Source: an uncultured Actinomycetota bacterium (GTDB lineage: Bacteria; Actinomycetota; Actinomycetes; JACCUZ01). From it: DNA of 64,000 nucleotides. Positions within the stretch are counted from its first letter, which is position 1. Every line of letters begins with the position of its first letter. The DNA lies in the NCBI GenBank assembly GCA_963726615.1, contig CAVSCX010000015.1, positions 13,822 through 77,821 on the forward strand, in the 5' to 3' direction. Shown piece by piece: positions 9,507-19,885 of the stretch. The notes beneath the pieces are model-generated. The model worked only from the letters and a program-made list of their open reading frames with translations, searched no databases and was not told the origin of the DNA. A program made the translations under genes and the position numbers.

Positions 9507-12500
9507 ATGAGTGCTCACCGGGCACGTCGCACCACCCCCCGTCAGCTCGGCACCGTCGTCGTCGCCGTCGCGCTGCTGTCGGCGGTCGGAGGCACCGCCC
9601 ACGCAGCGAAGGCACCGGACACGCTGATCGACTCCGGCCCGGCCGCTGCGAGCAACAGCACCAGTGCCACCGTCACCTTCCACAGCAAGCCGAAGAAGGC
9701 CACGTTCTCGTGCCAGCTCGACGCCGGGGCGGCCGTCGCCTGCGACGCGGGTGCGATCACCTACTCGGCGCTGACCGCCGGCACGCACCTCGTCACCGTG
9801 ACGGCCTCCGCCAGCGGTCTGGACGACCCGTCGCCGGCGACGTGGTCCTGGACGGTCGACCTCTCGGCGCCGACCGCGCCCACGAACCTGGCGGCGACGA
9901 CGCCGAAGCCGAAGTCCGTGGCGCTGACCTGGACCGAAGGAAGCGACGACCGGGCCGTCACCGGCAACGACGTCTACCGGGACGGTGCGAAGGTGGCGAG
10001 CGTCGGGGCGGTGACCAGCTTCACCGACGCGTCACCAGCGGCGCGTCGCACACCTATGCGGTGGTGGCGAAGGACGCCGCCGGCAACTCCTCGCCGATGA
10101 GCGCGGCGGTCGCCACCGGCGCGGCAGGCACGACCTACGACCCGCACCTGACGCGGTCGCCCTACCTGACCGACCTGGTGGGCACCGGGGTCACTGTCAA
10201 CTTCGGCACCGACCGGTCGCAGTCCGTCGCCAGCGTGAGGTACGGCGCGGTCGGCGCCGGCGGCGCATGCACGCCGACGACCACGGTCGCGGCGACCAGC
10301 ATCGTCGTAGCAGTCGGCAGCGTGAACGAGTTCCAGTGGAAGGCCCGCCTCGACCTCCCCGGCCCCGGCAGCTACTGCTACCGGCCGTTCCTGGGCGGCA
10401 CGGACCTGCTGGCCGGGAACACCTCACCGGTCGCCACGACCCAGGTCCCGCCCGGGTCGACGCAGCCGTACTCCTTCGCGGTGTTCGGCGACTGGGGCCA
10501 GGCCTACGCCGCACCGGGCAACGTCAACCAGACCAAGGTGATGTCGCAGCTCGCGGCCAGCGGGGTCCGGTTCGCGCTGACGACCGGGGACAACGGATAC
10601 CCGTCCGGGTCGCAGCTCAACTACGGCGACCTGCAGCAGAGCGGCGCCGACATCAGCGGCATCTTCGGCCCCGGCCAGTGGGGCGTGCCGGGGGCCTCGA
10701 TCCCGTTGTTCCCGGCGATCGGCAACCACGGCCTGGCCCGCAACGACGGGATCCACCCGCACTTCGGCATCTGGCCGCAGGACAACGCCGTGTCCACGTC
10801 GGGCGGCAGCTACGCGCGGACGAGCTACCCGAGCATCAACGGCAGCACGGCAGCCAGCTATCCCAGCCCGTGGTACGCCTTCGACGCCGGCAACGCGCGG
10901 TTCTACGTCCTGGACGCGGCGTGGCCGGACCTCAACGGCGGCAGCGCCGGGGTCTACGCCACCGAGGCCGCCGCGCACTGGACGCCCGGCGCGGCCCAGT
11001 ACGAGTGGCTCAAGCGCGACCTCCAGACCCACCCCTCCGGCCTGAAGTTCGCGTTCTTCCACTACCCGCTCTACTCCGACCAGCCCTCGGAGGCGTCGGA
11101 CACCAGCCTGCGCGGCGCGTCCTCGCTCGAGGGGTTGCTGGTGGCCAACGGGGTGAACATGGCGTTCCAGGGGCACGCGCACATCTACCAGCGCAGCAGC
11201 GGCCTCGGCGGCCTGGTCAGCTACCTCACCGGCGGCGGTGGCGCCAAGGCCCAGTCCACCGGCGCGTGCAGCCCCGAGGACAGGTACGCGGTCGGCTGGT
11301 CGTACACGAAGTCGCGCGGGACCAGCTGCGGCGCCGCGAAGGCGCCGAAGTCGGACGCCGAGGTCTACCACTTCCTCAAGGTGACGGTGAACGGTCGCCA
11401 GGTCACCGTCGCGCCGACCGACTCGACCGGCAAGACGTTCGACGTGCAGACCTACACCTTCGACCCGGCCCCGGAGACGTTCATCGACAGCGGCCCTCCG
11501 GACGCGGCCGCCAGCACCACCGCGACCTTCGGGTTCCGCGCGAGCAGTGGCGCGGCGACGTTCAGCTGCCGGCTCGACTCCGGCCCGGCGACGGCATGCA
11601 CCAGCCCGACGACATACACCGGGCTCGCGCAGGGACCGCACTCCTTCGCCGTCACCGCAACGGCCGGCGGCGTCAGCGACCCGGCGCCGGCGACGTGGTC
11701 CTGGACGGTCGACACCGTCGCGCCGTCGGCGCCGAGCAGCATCACCGTGACGGCCCCGTCGCCGTTCCGGGTCGACGTGAGCTGGCCGACGGCGTCGGAC
11801 AACATCGGCGTCACCGGCTATGACGTCTACCGCGACGGCGCGCTCCTCAGTGCGCTCGGTGTCGCCACGTCGTACAGCGACGGCTCGGTCCTGCCCGCGT
11901 CGACGCACGAGTACGCCGTTCGGGCCCGGGACGGCGCGGGAAACGTGTCGGCGTTCGTGTCCGCCAGCGTGACCACGCCGGCGATCGCCCCACCTGTCTT
12001 CGCGGACGGCTTCGAGTCCGGCAACCTGACCGCCTGGACCACGACGTCCGGCCTGACAGTGCAGAGCGGCACAGTGCACAGCGGGGCGTGGGCTGCCGTG
12101 GGCGCCAGCCCGACCGGAGTCACCTGGGCGAAGAAGACGCTGCCCGGCGGCCCGTACCCCGACGCCTACGCCTCCCTGGCGTTCCGGGTCAACAGCCAGG
12201 GCTCGCAGACCACGTTGCTTCGGCTGCGCAGCACGCCCACGGGCACCGCGGCCGGCTACCTCTACCTGACGCCCGCCGGCAAGCTCTCCTTCCGCAGCGA
12301 TGCGCTCGCGGCCGGGACCGTCAGCGCGGTCGTTCCCAGCACCGGGGCCTGGCACACGGTCGAGCTGCACCTCACGGTGGGCACGTCCGCGGGCGCCCTC
12401 GGATCCGTCGAGGTGTGGCTGGACGGCGCTCCCGTCGCGGCGCTGAGCAGCTCGTCGGTCGACGTCGGCTCGACCCCGGTCGGCGTGGTCCAGATCGGTG

Positions 12501-12583
12501 ACACGGCCGGCAACGGCACCGGCACCGGCTGGGACATCGGGTACGACGACGTGGCGTTCTCCACCAGCCGCCTGGGGACCTGA
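9507..12583 (+). pseudogene. secreted calcineurin-like metallophosphoesterase with fibronectin-III domains, split by a 1-nt frameshift near 10031-10034 (possible sequencing indel)
   Basis: Signal peptide MSAHRARRTTPRQLGTVVVAVALLSAVGGTAHA. The N-terminal module ...VYRDGAKVASVGAVTSFTDAS stops matching its internal duplicate ...VYRDGALLSALGVATSYSDGSVLPASTHEYAV exactly where the frame changes to ...VTSGASHTYAVVAKDAAGN. Metallophosphoesterase motifs GDWGQ, GDNGY, GNHG and GHAHIYQR follow. Confidence 0.7.
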
Positions 12584-12584
12584 G

Positions 12585-14210
12585 GTGGTCGACGAGCACC
12601 GTGCCGAGCTGGGCCGGTCGCTCGCGCTCACCGGCTCGTGGGCGCGGCTCACGGCCCTGCGGGTCCGCGCCGGCGGCGTCACCCCGGCCGCGGTGCGGGC
12701 CCGGTTGGGCCGGGTCGCTGCGCCGGTCCTGGCGGCGGGCGCCCGGCCGCTCGACGTCGGCCTGCTCGGCCTCGCGGTGCTCGTCGCCGCCGCGCTCCGC
12801 CTGGTGGACCTCGGACGGATCGGGCTCAACAGCGACGAGGCGGTCTATGCCGGGCAGGCCGCCTCGCTCGCCGGCAACCCGAGCTTCACCGACAACTTCC
12901 CGGTGATCCGTGCGCACCCGCTGCTGTTCCAGCTGGTCACGTCTCCGTTCTACCGCCACGGCATCCCGGACGTCCCCGGGCGGTACGTGGGCGCCGTGTT
13001 CGGCATCGCGACAGTCGCCCTCGTCTTCGTCGTGGGTCAGCAGCTGTACGGCCCCCGGGTGGGGTCGCTCGCCGCGCTGCTGCTCGCGGTGTCGCCGTAC
13101 CACGTGGTCATCACCCGGCAGCAGCTGCTGGACGGCCCGATGACCCTGTTTGCCACCGGAGCGCTGGCCTGCCTCGCGGCCATGGGTCGCAGCGGGCGCG
13201 GCCGTTGGCTGGTTGCGGCGGGTGGCTGCCTCGGGGCGGCGGCGCTGACCAAGGAGACGGCGGTGATCCTGGTCGCCGCGGTGTTCGCGTTCCTGTCCCT
13301 CGCCCCGCAGTTCTGGCGGCCGATGCGGCACGTGATCGGCGGGGCCGCGCTGGCGCTGGTGCTCGTCGTGGCCTACCCGGTCCTCACGAGCCTGTCCGGT
13401 GGGGCGCGCGGCGGGCAGTCCTACCTCCTCTGGCAGCTGACCCGCGGCCCCAACCACAGCTTCGGCTTCTACTTCACCGCGGTGGGCGTCTCGATGGGCC
13501 TGCTGCTCGTCGCGGCGGCCGTGGCCGGGCTGCTCGTGCTGCACCGGTCGTCGTCCTGGCGCGAGACCCTGCTCGTCTCGTGGGTCGTCGTCCCGCTGCT
13601 GTTCTTCGAGATCTGGCCGGTCAAGGGCTTCTCCTACCTGCTCCTGCTGCTCCCGGCGATCGCCGTCCTGGCGGCCAGACTGCTGGCCTGGCTCTTGGAC
13701 CGGCCCACCGGCTCGGCGACGTCCCGGACGGCCGGAGCACTCGTGACCCTGGTCGTGGTGGCCTCGCTCGCTGTCCCCGCAGCCGGCTCGGTGCTCGCGC
13801 CGAGGTCGTCCAGCCTGGCCGGAGCCGGCGGGACACCGGGCGGTCGCGAGGCCGGGCGGTGGGTCGCCGCGCACGTGCCTGACGGCGCCAGGCTGATGAC
13901 CATCGGTCCGTCGATGGCCAACATCATCCAGTACTACAGCGGGCGGGCCGCGGACGGCCTGTCGGTCAGTCCCAGCCCGGCGCACCGCAACCCGAGCTAC
14001 CTGCCGGTGCCCAACCCGGACGCCGCGGTGCGCTACGGCGACTACCAGTACCTCGTCTGGGACGCCTACTCGGCGCAACGGTCGTCGCACTTCGCCGCCA
14101 AGCAGCAGGAGCTGATCGGCAGGTACCACGGCATCGCCGTGCACACCGAGACGGCGCGGATGGACGGCCGGACGCAGCCGGTCATCGTGGTCTACGAGAT
14201 GCACCCATGA
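12585..14210 (+). CDS. GT39/PMT_2 (ArnT-like) polyprenyl-phosphate-sugar-dependent membrane glycosyltransferase
   Basis: GTG start 2 nt after the upstream stop, with GGGGA RBS. Multi-TM protein with NSDEAVYAGQAASLA loop motif and about 12 predicted helices, typical of PMT_2/ArnT GT-C enzymes. Confidence 0.75.
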   Translation: MVDEHRAELGRSLALTGSWARLTALRVRAGGVTPAAVRARLGRVAAPVLAAGARPLDVGLLGLAVLVAAALRLVDLGRIGLNSDEAVYAGQAASLAGNPSFTDNFPVIRAHPLLFQLVTSPFYRHGIPDVPGRYVGAVFGIATVALVFVVGQQLYGPRVGSLAALLLAVSPYHVVITRQQLLDGPMTLFATGALACLAAMGRSGRGRWLVAAGGCLGAAALTKETAVILVAAVFAFLSLAPQFWRPMRHVIGGAALALVLVVAYPVLTSLSGGARGGQSYLLWQLTRGPNHSFGFYFTAVGVSMGLLLVAAAVAGLLVLHRSSSWRETLLVSWVVVPLLFFEIWPVKGFSYLLLLLPAIAVLAARLLAWLLDRPTGSATSRTAGALVTLVVVASLAVPAAGSVLAPRSSSLAGAGGTPGGREAGRWVAAHVPDGARLMTIGPSMANIIQYYSGRAADGLSVSPSPAHRNPSYLPVPNPDAAVRYGDYQYLVWDAYSAQRSSHFAAKQQELIGRYHGIAVHTETARMDGRTQPVIVVYEMHP

Positions 14211-15583
14211 CCGGCCGGGTGCGGAGCGGCGGGGTCGCCGTCGGTGTCCTTGCCGTGCTCGCCGGCGTCGTGCTTGGCGGCGTCGTGGTGTCCGGCCCGG
14301 GCGCCGCGGCAGCGACCGGGCCGACAGCGTCGACCCCGATCGGCCACGTGGTGGTGATGACGCAGGAGGGCCACAGCTTCGACAGCTACCTCGGTCGTCG
14401 GCACGGTGTCGACGGCCTGCCGTCGGGCGTCTGCCTGCGGGTCGAGCAGGCGGCGGCGCCCCCGTGCCAGCGGCCGTTCGCGCTCGCCCGGACGGCCGCG
14501 CGCCCGCGGCTCGACAGCTCCGCCGCGGCCCAGGCCACCGCCGTCGCGGACGGGCGGATGGACGGGTTCGTGCTCGCCCAGGCGTCGTCGCGGAGAACGG
14601 GACGCGACGCCATGGGCTACTACCGGCCCGCCGACCTCCCGGTCCTCAACCAGCTGGCGGACCACGGCGTGGTCTTCGACCGGTGGTTCAGCGCGGTGCC
14701 CGGCGGCGGGATCGTCAACCAGCTCTTCGCCGTCTCGGGCGCCGCCGCGGCGGACGTGGCGGCGGTGCCGGAAGCAGGGTGGGCCGACCTGCCCCTGGTC
14801 TTCGACCGGCTCGAGGCGGCCGGAGTGAGCTGGAAGGTGTACGTCGAGAACTACGAGCCGGCGCTGACCGGCGCGACAGCCGGCGTCGCGGCGCGGCGCG
14901 GCGGCCAGGTGGCCCGGGTCCCGCTGCTCGCCCTGCCCAGGTACGAGCGCGACCCGGCACTCACCTCCCATGTCGCGGACCTCGGCGACTACTACCGCGA
15001 CCTGCGGTCCGACTCGCTGCCCGCCGTGTCCTGGGTGGTCACCACGTCGTCGACGGAGAAGTCACCGTCGCGCCCGGTCGTGGGGCAGGGCGCCGTGCGG
15101 GACGTCGTCAACGCCCTGGGAGAGAGCTCCGCCTGGCCGGACTCGATGTTCGTGCTCAGCTACGACTCGCCCGGCGGCTGGTACGACCACGTGGTCCCGC
15201 CCAGGACCGTCGACGGGCGCCTGGGGCTGCGCGTCCCCGCGGTCCTGGTGAGCCCGTACGCCAGGGCGGGCTCCGTCGACCACACCACGCTGGACAGCGC
15301 CGCCGTCCTGCGCTTCCTGCAGGACAACTGGAGCCTGGCCCCGCTCAGCACGCGGGTCAGCGCGTCCCCGGGCCTCGGGTCGGCCCTGCGCTTCGACCGG
15401 CCGGCCCAGGCGCCGGTGCTTGTCAGCGCCGCCCAGCCGAGACCGCCGATCGACCAGCCGAACGGCCGGGTGATCGTGGTCGGCTACCTCACCGCGATCC
15501 TGGTCGCGGCGGGGTCAGTGCTCTGGGCCGCGCGCGACCGCGCCGCGATCGTGCCCGCCGACGTCCGGCTGGACACGCCGTGA
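14207..15583 (+). CDS. phosphoesterase-family protein (phospholipase C / acid phosphatase AcpA-like, PF04185), secreted
   Basis: Overlaps the upstream gene as ATGA. Signal peptide present. HVVVMTQEGHSFDSYLG phosphoesterase signature. Confidence 0.75.
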   Translation: MTGRVRSGGVAVGVLAVLAGVVLGGVVVSGPGAAAATGPTASTPIGHVVVMTQEGHSFDSYLGRRHGVDGLPSGVCLRVEQAAAPPCQRPFALARTAARPRLDSSAAAQATAVADGRMDGFVLAQASSRRTGRDAMGYYRPADLPVLNQLADHGVVFDRWFSAVPGGGIVNQLFAVSGAAAADVAAVPEAGWADLPLVFDRLEAAGVSWKVYVENYEPALTGATAGVAARRGGQVARVPLLALPRYERDPALTSHVADLGDYYRDLRSDSLPAVSWVVTTSSTEKSPSRPVVGQGAVRDVVNALGESSAWPDSMFVLSYDSPGGWYDHVVPPRTVDGRLGLRVPAVLVSPYARAGSVDHTTLDSAAVLRFLQDNWSLAPLSTRVSASPGLGSALRFDRPAQAPVLVSAAQPRPPIDQPNGRVIVVGYLTAILVAAGSVLWAARDRAAIVPADVRLDTP

Positions 15584-17112
15584 GCCGCCGCGGGCTGCTC
15601 CGCGCCGCCGTCCTCGCCGTCCTGCTCCCGGGGCTGGCCGCAGCGGCGGTGCCGGCCACTGGCGCGGGGGCGACACCGGGACGGGTGGTCGTCACCACGA
15701 CGCCATCGCTGGCGGGGGTGCGGCTGCTGGTGGGCTCCTCCGTCGTGACGACGGGGTCCGACGGGCGGGTCGCCGCCCGCGTCTCCGACATCAACGGCAT
15801 CGCCTCCAGGGTGTCGCTGGCCGGCCGCGCCTTCGGCGCCCGCCACCGCCTGTCGCTCGCGTTCGTGGCGCCGGCGCCGCACACCGTGCGGTACGAGAGC
15901 CACCTCACCGTCGGCCTCGACGTCCGGTCGCGGGTCCGGCTGCGGGTGGACCCCGGCACCACCGGCGCGGCCCGCAAGGAGGTGCGCGCCGTCCGGCTGC
16001 ACGCGGTCACCGGCGAGACCCGGCTGGTGGACCCGCGCCGGACCACGACGCTGTGGTTGCCGTCGCGGAAAGCCCGCCGCAGCGGGTCGAGCGCACCCGG
16101 GGCGGTCACCTGGACGGTGGACAGCCTGCGCGCAGGTGCGGGCTCGACGTTCGCCACGTCGCGAGCGCCGTTCGACCCGTTCCGGTCCCGCACCTGGCGG
16201 CTCGAGCTCCGGCCGGTGAAGGGGACCGTCGTCGTCGACACGGTCCCCGCGACTCCGGGGGTCACCTTCGCGCTCGACGGCGCGACGTTCACCACCGACG
16301 GAGCCGGGCACGCGACCTCGATCGTCGCCGACCTCAACGGCGTCGACAAGCGGCTGCGGACCACCCGGGCCGAGGCCGGCGAGGTGACGGTCTCGGTCTC
16401 CCGGGTCGGCCGGCTTGCTCCGCAGGCAGCGTTCCAGCGGCACCTGGTGGTCGCCCTCGCCGTCAGCCGGCCGGTCGACCTTCGCTTCACGGACCCTGCG
16501 GGACGCAGGGTGCCGGCGAGCCGGGTCAGCGAGGTCCGCCTGGACAGCGGGGCGCACACCGTGCTGCTCGGCCCGGACCAGCTCCGCGAGGCGGTGCCGC
16601 TGCTGTCCAGCATCGGCAAGCTTGTCGACGGCGTCTGGGCGCCGCAGCCCGTCACCTACGCGGTCACCCGGGTCGGCGTCGAGGGCTCCAACGCCGTCTT
16701 CTCGGGCCGTCAGCGGATCGACCCGGCCGTGGGCCGCGACTGGGACATCTCGGTGTCGGTGTTCGACGTGCACGTGACGGTGCGCGACGCGCTGTTCGGC
16801 CACCGGCTGTCGTCCGCCGCGCAGGTGCTGCGGCCCGACGGCGTCCGCTCGGCGGTGGCGCTCGACTCCGGCCGGCCGACCGTGATCCGGTCCCTGGTCC
16901 GCGGTGAGTACACGCTGAGCACAGACTCTGCGGTGGTCGGGACGGACACCCGGATCCTGGTGAGCAAGACCTCCGACGTCGAACTGCGGGTGGTCACCCT
17001 GTTGGACGCCGCGGTGGTGACAGTGCTGCTGCTCATGGTCGCCGGCGGCCTGGTCGGCCTCGGGCTCACGCTGCGACGGCGGGCCCGCCGCGCCCGCCCT
17101 GCAGCGGCATGA
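15580..17112 (+). CDS. secreted hypothetical protein with C-terminal TM anchor
   Basis: GTG start overlaps the upstream stop (GTGA). Begins VSRRGLLRAAVLAVLLPGLAAAAVPA (signal peptide) and ends with a hydrophobic helix plus RRRARRARPAAA. Confidence 0.6.
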   Translation: MSRRGLLRAAVLAVLLPGLAAAAVPATGAGATPGRVVVTTTPSLAGVRLLVGSSVVTTGSDGRVAARVSDINGIASRVSLAGRAFGARHRLSLAFVAPAPHTVRYESHLTVGLDVRSRVRLRVDPGTTGAARKEVRAVRLHAVTGETRLVDPRRTTTLWLPSRKARRSGSSAPGAVTWTVDSLRAGAGSTFATSRAPFDPFRSRTWRLELRPVKGTVVVDTVPATPGVTFALDGATFTTDGAGHATSIVADLNGVDKRLRTTRAEAGEVTVSVSRVGRLAPQAAFQRHLVVALAVSRPVDLRFTDPAGRRVPASRVSEVRLDSGAHTVLLGPDQLREAVPLLSSIGKLVDGVWAPQPVTYAVTRVGVEGSNAVFSGRQRIDPAVGRDWDISVSVFDVHVTVRDALFGHRLSSAAQVLRPDGVRSAVALDSGRPTVIRSLVRGEYTLSTDSAVVGTDTRILVSKTSDVELRVVTLLDAAVVTVLLLMVAGGLVGLGLTLRRRARRARPAAA

Positions 17113-18347
17113 CGACACCCCGGCCGGGTCGCACCGGCACCGCCCGCCGTACTGCCCGCGCCCACCGGGTCCGCCGGCTGGTCTGCGCGCTGGCCGTCGT
17201 CCTGGCGGTCGTCGGGCTGCCGGCGGCCCAGGCAGCCGCGGCCACCGCCGCCCCGCGCGACCCGGGGGTGCCGGTGTTCGCGTACTTCTACCAGTGGTTC
17301 ACGCCGTCCTCCTGGGACCGCGCCAAGTCGGACTACCCGCTCGCGGGTCGCTACGGCAGCGACGACGCGCCCGTCCTGCGCGACCAGGTGCTGCTCGCTC
17401 GCAGCGCCGGCATCGACGGCTTCCTCACGTCGTGGAAGGACACCCCCACGCTGGACCGACGGCTGGACCTGCTGATCCGCGTCGCCAGGTCGGAGGACTT
17501 CGACCTCGGCGTGGTCTACCAGTCGCTCGACTTCGCGCGGGTGCCGCTGCCCGTCGAGACCGTGCGGCGCGACCTGCGCCGCCTCGTCGACCACTGGGGC
17601 CGCGACCTGACCTCGACGTACTACGGCAAGCCGGTGATCGTCTGGACAGGGACCGACCAGTACACGACGGCCGACGTGCACGCGGTACGTGCGGCGGTGG
17701 GCGACCGCGCGCTCCTGCTGGCGAGCTCGCACTCCGTCGAGGGGTACGAGCGGGTGGCCCGGCTCGTCGACGGCCTTGCGTACTACTGGTCCTCGGCCGA
17801 CCCGTCCTCGGCCATGACCCAGGCGAAGCTCGCGGCGATGGCGGCGGCCGTGCACCGTCACCACGGGCTGTGGCTCGCCCCCGCGGCTGCCGGCTACGAC
17901 GGCCGCACGCTCGGCGGCACCCGGGTGGTCGGACGTGCGGACGGCCAGACGCTGGTGCGCAGCCTGACCAACGCCTACGAGAGCTCGCCGGACGGCGTGG
18001 CACTGATCAGCTGGAACGAGTGGTCCGAGAACACCTACGTCGAGCCCGGGACGAAGTACGGCCAGCGCGAGCTGGTGGGGCTCAAGCGCTTCCTGCTCGC
18101 CCGCGGCGAGGAGGTGCCACCGGGGCTCACCGAGGCCGATGCCGACCGGACGGACCCGGGCGCGGCACCGTCGCCGGTGCGGGTCGGGCTGACCTCGGTC
18201 GGCGCCCGGTCGAGCTCGGGATGGACCGGGGCGCGCGCCGCCCTCACCCTGGTCCTGCTGTCGCTCGCCGCCCTGCCGGCGCTGTCGGTCCTCGGCCGCC
18301 GGCGGCACCGCCCCGGCGTGTCGGGGCGGCACCGAGCAGCGAGGTGA
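17109..18347 (+). CDS. secreted glycoside-hydrolase-like protein (GH99-like, possible endo-alpha-mannosidase fold), C-terminal anchor
   Basis: ATGA overlap with the upstream gene. Signal peptide present. FAYFYQWF...ISWNEWSENTYVEP resembles GH99/DUF4015-type hydrolases. C-terminal hydrophobic stretch. Confidence 0.55.
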   Translation: MTTPRPGRTGTARRTARAHRVRRLVCALAVVLAVVGLPAAQAAAATAAPRDPGVPVFAYFYQWFTPSSWDRAKSDYPLAGRYGSDDAPVLRDQVLLARSAGIDGFLTSWKDTPTLDRRLDLLIRVARSEDFDLGVVYQSLDFARVPLPVETVRRDLRRLVDHWGRDLTSTYYGKPVIVWTGTDQYTTADVHAVRAAVGDRALLLASSHSVEGYERVARLVDGLAYYWSSADPSSAMTQAKLAAMAAAVHRHHGLWLAPAAAGYDGRTLGGTRVVGRADGQTLVRSLTNAYESSPDGVALISWNEWSENTYVEPGTKYGQRELVGLKRFLLARGEEVPPGLTEADADRTDPGAAPSPVRVGLTSVGARSSSGWTGARAALTLVLLSLAALPALSVLGRRRHRPGVSGRHRAAR

Positions 18348-18432
18348 GCCGCCAGGGGACCCGGAAGCCGGATCCTCGCGAGGCGCATCCCGACACCGGC
18401 CGCGACGGGCCGATCGGTGCTTCAATGCTCGG

Positions 18433-18714
18433 GTGGCCGACCGTGTGGACGCCCGGGTGCGGGTGTCGTGCGCCCACTGCGGCACGATCGAGGTGCCGGC
18501 GGCCGAGGTGCGCCTGGTGATGGGCCGACCGGAGACTGCCGGCGACCCACCGCGCGACGAGGTCGAGTTCCGCTGCGGCACCTGCGGGCTCGGCGGTTCG
18601 ACCCGCGTGGACGAGCGGGCCGCCCGGCTCGTGGCCCGGGCGGGTGCCCCGGTAGCGGGGCCACCGGCGCCCCGGGCGGCGCCGCCCGCGCGCGGCCGAC
18701 GCCGGCCTCGCTGA
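18433..18714 (+). CDS. small Cys4 zinc-ribbon protein
   Basis: VRVSCAHCGTIEVPAAEVRLVMGRPE...EVEFRCGTCGLGGSTRVDE. Same CxxC-(27-30)-CxxC architecture and flanking pattern as the 25153-25509 product. Confidence 0.4.
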   Translation: MADRVDARVRVSCAHCGTIEVPAAEVRLVMGRPETAGDPPRDEVEFRCGTCGLGGSTRVDERAARLVARAGAPVAGPPAPRAAPPARGRRRPR

Positions 18715-18871
18715 CTGCGCGCGCGTGCCGGGTCGCCGCTGCCGGGCGACCGACGACGGGTGGAGGTCGACCGCGGGCCGGAGGTCCGGTGACCGCGGGC
18801 CGTAGGGCCCTGGGGTCCGGCGCCCTGGCGCGGACACGCTGAGCGCACCGGTCGTCCCTGGGAGGAACGTC

Positions 18872-19885
18872 ATGGCATCGACACGACCCCGCGCCGGGGT
18901 GACCGCGCTGCCGGCTGCGCGCACGACAGCCGCGCCGGCCGAGCCGACGCCGCCGTCACCCGTCGGGGTCGGCGGCGACCGGCCGGACCGGCCCGACAGG
19001 TTGGTGGTCGGGAAGGAGGAGCTGACGGCCCCGGAGCTGGTGCAGCGCTACCTCGACACCCAGGAGGAGCTGCGGTCGCTGCGCAAGCGAGCACGTGACG
19101 CGCTGCGCACCCAGCGCGCAGAGCTGCAGCTGCGACCGTGGCAGGTCGAGCTGCTGAAGATGCAGCGCCACCTCGAGGCGACCAGGCAGCGCATGATCGT
19201 GGTCTTCGAGGGCCGTGACGCCGCCGGCAAGGGCGGCACGATCCGGCGGGTCACCCGGTACATGAACGAGAAGCACTACCGGGTCGTCGCCCTGGCCAAG
19301 CCGACCGACGAGCAGCGCTCTCAGTGGTACTTCCAGCGCTACGTGGCGCAGTTCCCGACCGGCGGGGAGGTCGTGCTCTTCGACCGATCCTGGTACAACC
19401 GCGCCATGGTCGAGCCGGTGTTCGGCTTCTGCACCGACGAGGAGTACGACAACTTCGTCCACGGCGTGACCGGCTTCGAGAAGGACCTGGTGCGCCAGGG
19501 GACGATCCTGGTGAAGCTCTACTTCAGCGTCACCAAGGCCGAGCAGGCCCGGCGGTTCGCCCGCCGCCGCGACGACCCCTTGCGGGAGTGGAAGCTCAGC
19601 GAGGTCGACATGCAGGCACAGGACCGGTGGGACGACTTCACCGACCGGAAGTACCAGATGCTGCGCCGCACCAGCACGGTCGCCGCGCCCTGGACGATCG
19701 TCCGGTCCGGCGACAAGCAGCGCGCGCGGCTCAACGCGATGAAGTCCATCCTCAACGCCGTCGACTACGACGACCGCGACACGTCGCTCGACTGGGTGCC
19801 GGACCCCAAGGTCGTGGTGTCCGGCCCGGAGGAGATCAGCCTGATGGAGGCCGAGCGGATCCGGAAGGGACGGTTCACCGGATGA
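18872..19885 (+). CDS. ppk2: polyphosphate kinase 2 (PPK2) family protein
   Basis: GGGAGGA RBS. MIVVFEGRDAAGKGGTIRRV Walker A, YFQRYVAQFPTGGEVVLFDRSWYNRA and lid motifs. Confidence 0.9.
   Translation: MASTRPRAGVTALPAARTTAAPAEPTPPSPVGVGGDRPDRPDRLVVGKEELTAPELVQRYLDTQEELRSLRKRARDALRTQRAELQLRPWQVELLKMQRHLEATRQRMIVVFEGRDAAGKGGTIRRVTRYMNEKHYRVVALAKPTDEQRSQWYFQRYVAQFPTGGEVVLFDRSWYNRAMVEPVFGFCTDEEYDNFVHGVTGFEKDLVRQGTILVKLYFSVTKAEQARRFARRRDDPLREWKLSEVDMQAQDRWDDFTDRKYQMLRRTSTVAAPWTIVRSGDKQRARLNAMKSILNAVDYDDRDTSLDWVPDPKVVVSGPEEISLMEAERIRKGRFTG

Noticed and set aside
10424-18848. Very long minus-strand ORFs (10424-12829, 12372-14204, 15484-17118, 16710-18848) antisense to the plus-strand operon
   Set aside because: Low-complexity R/G/P/A-rich translations opposite genes with clear motifs. 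Rejected as GC-skew open frames.
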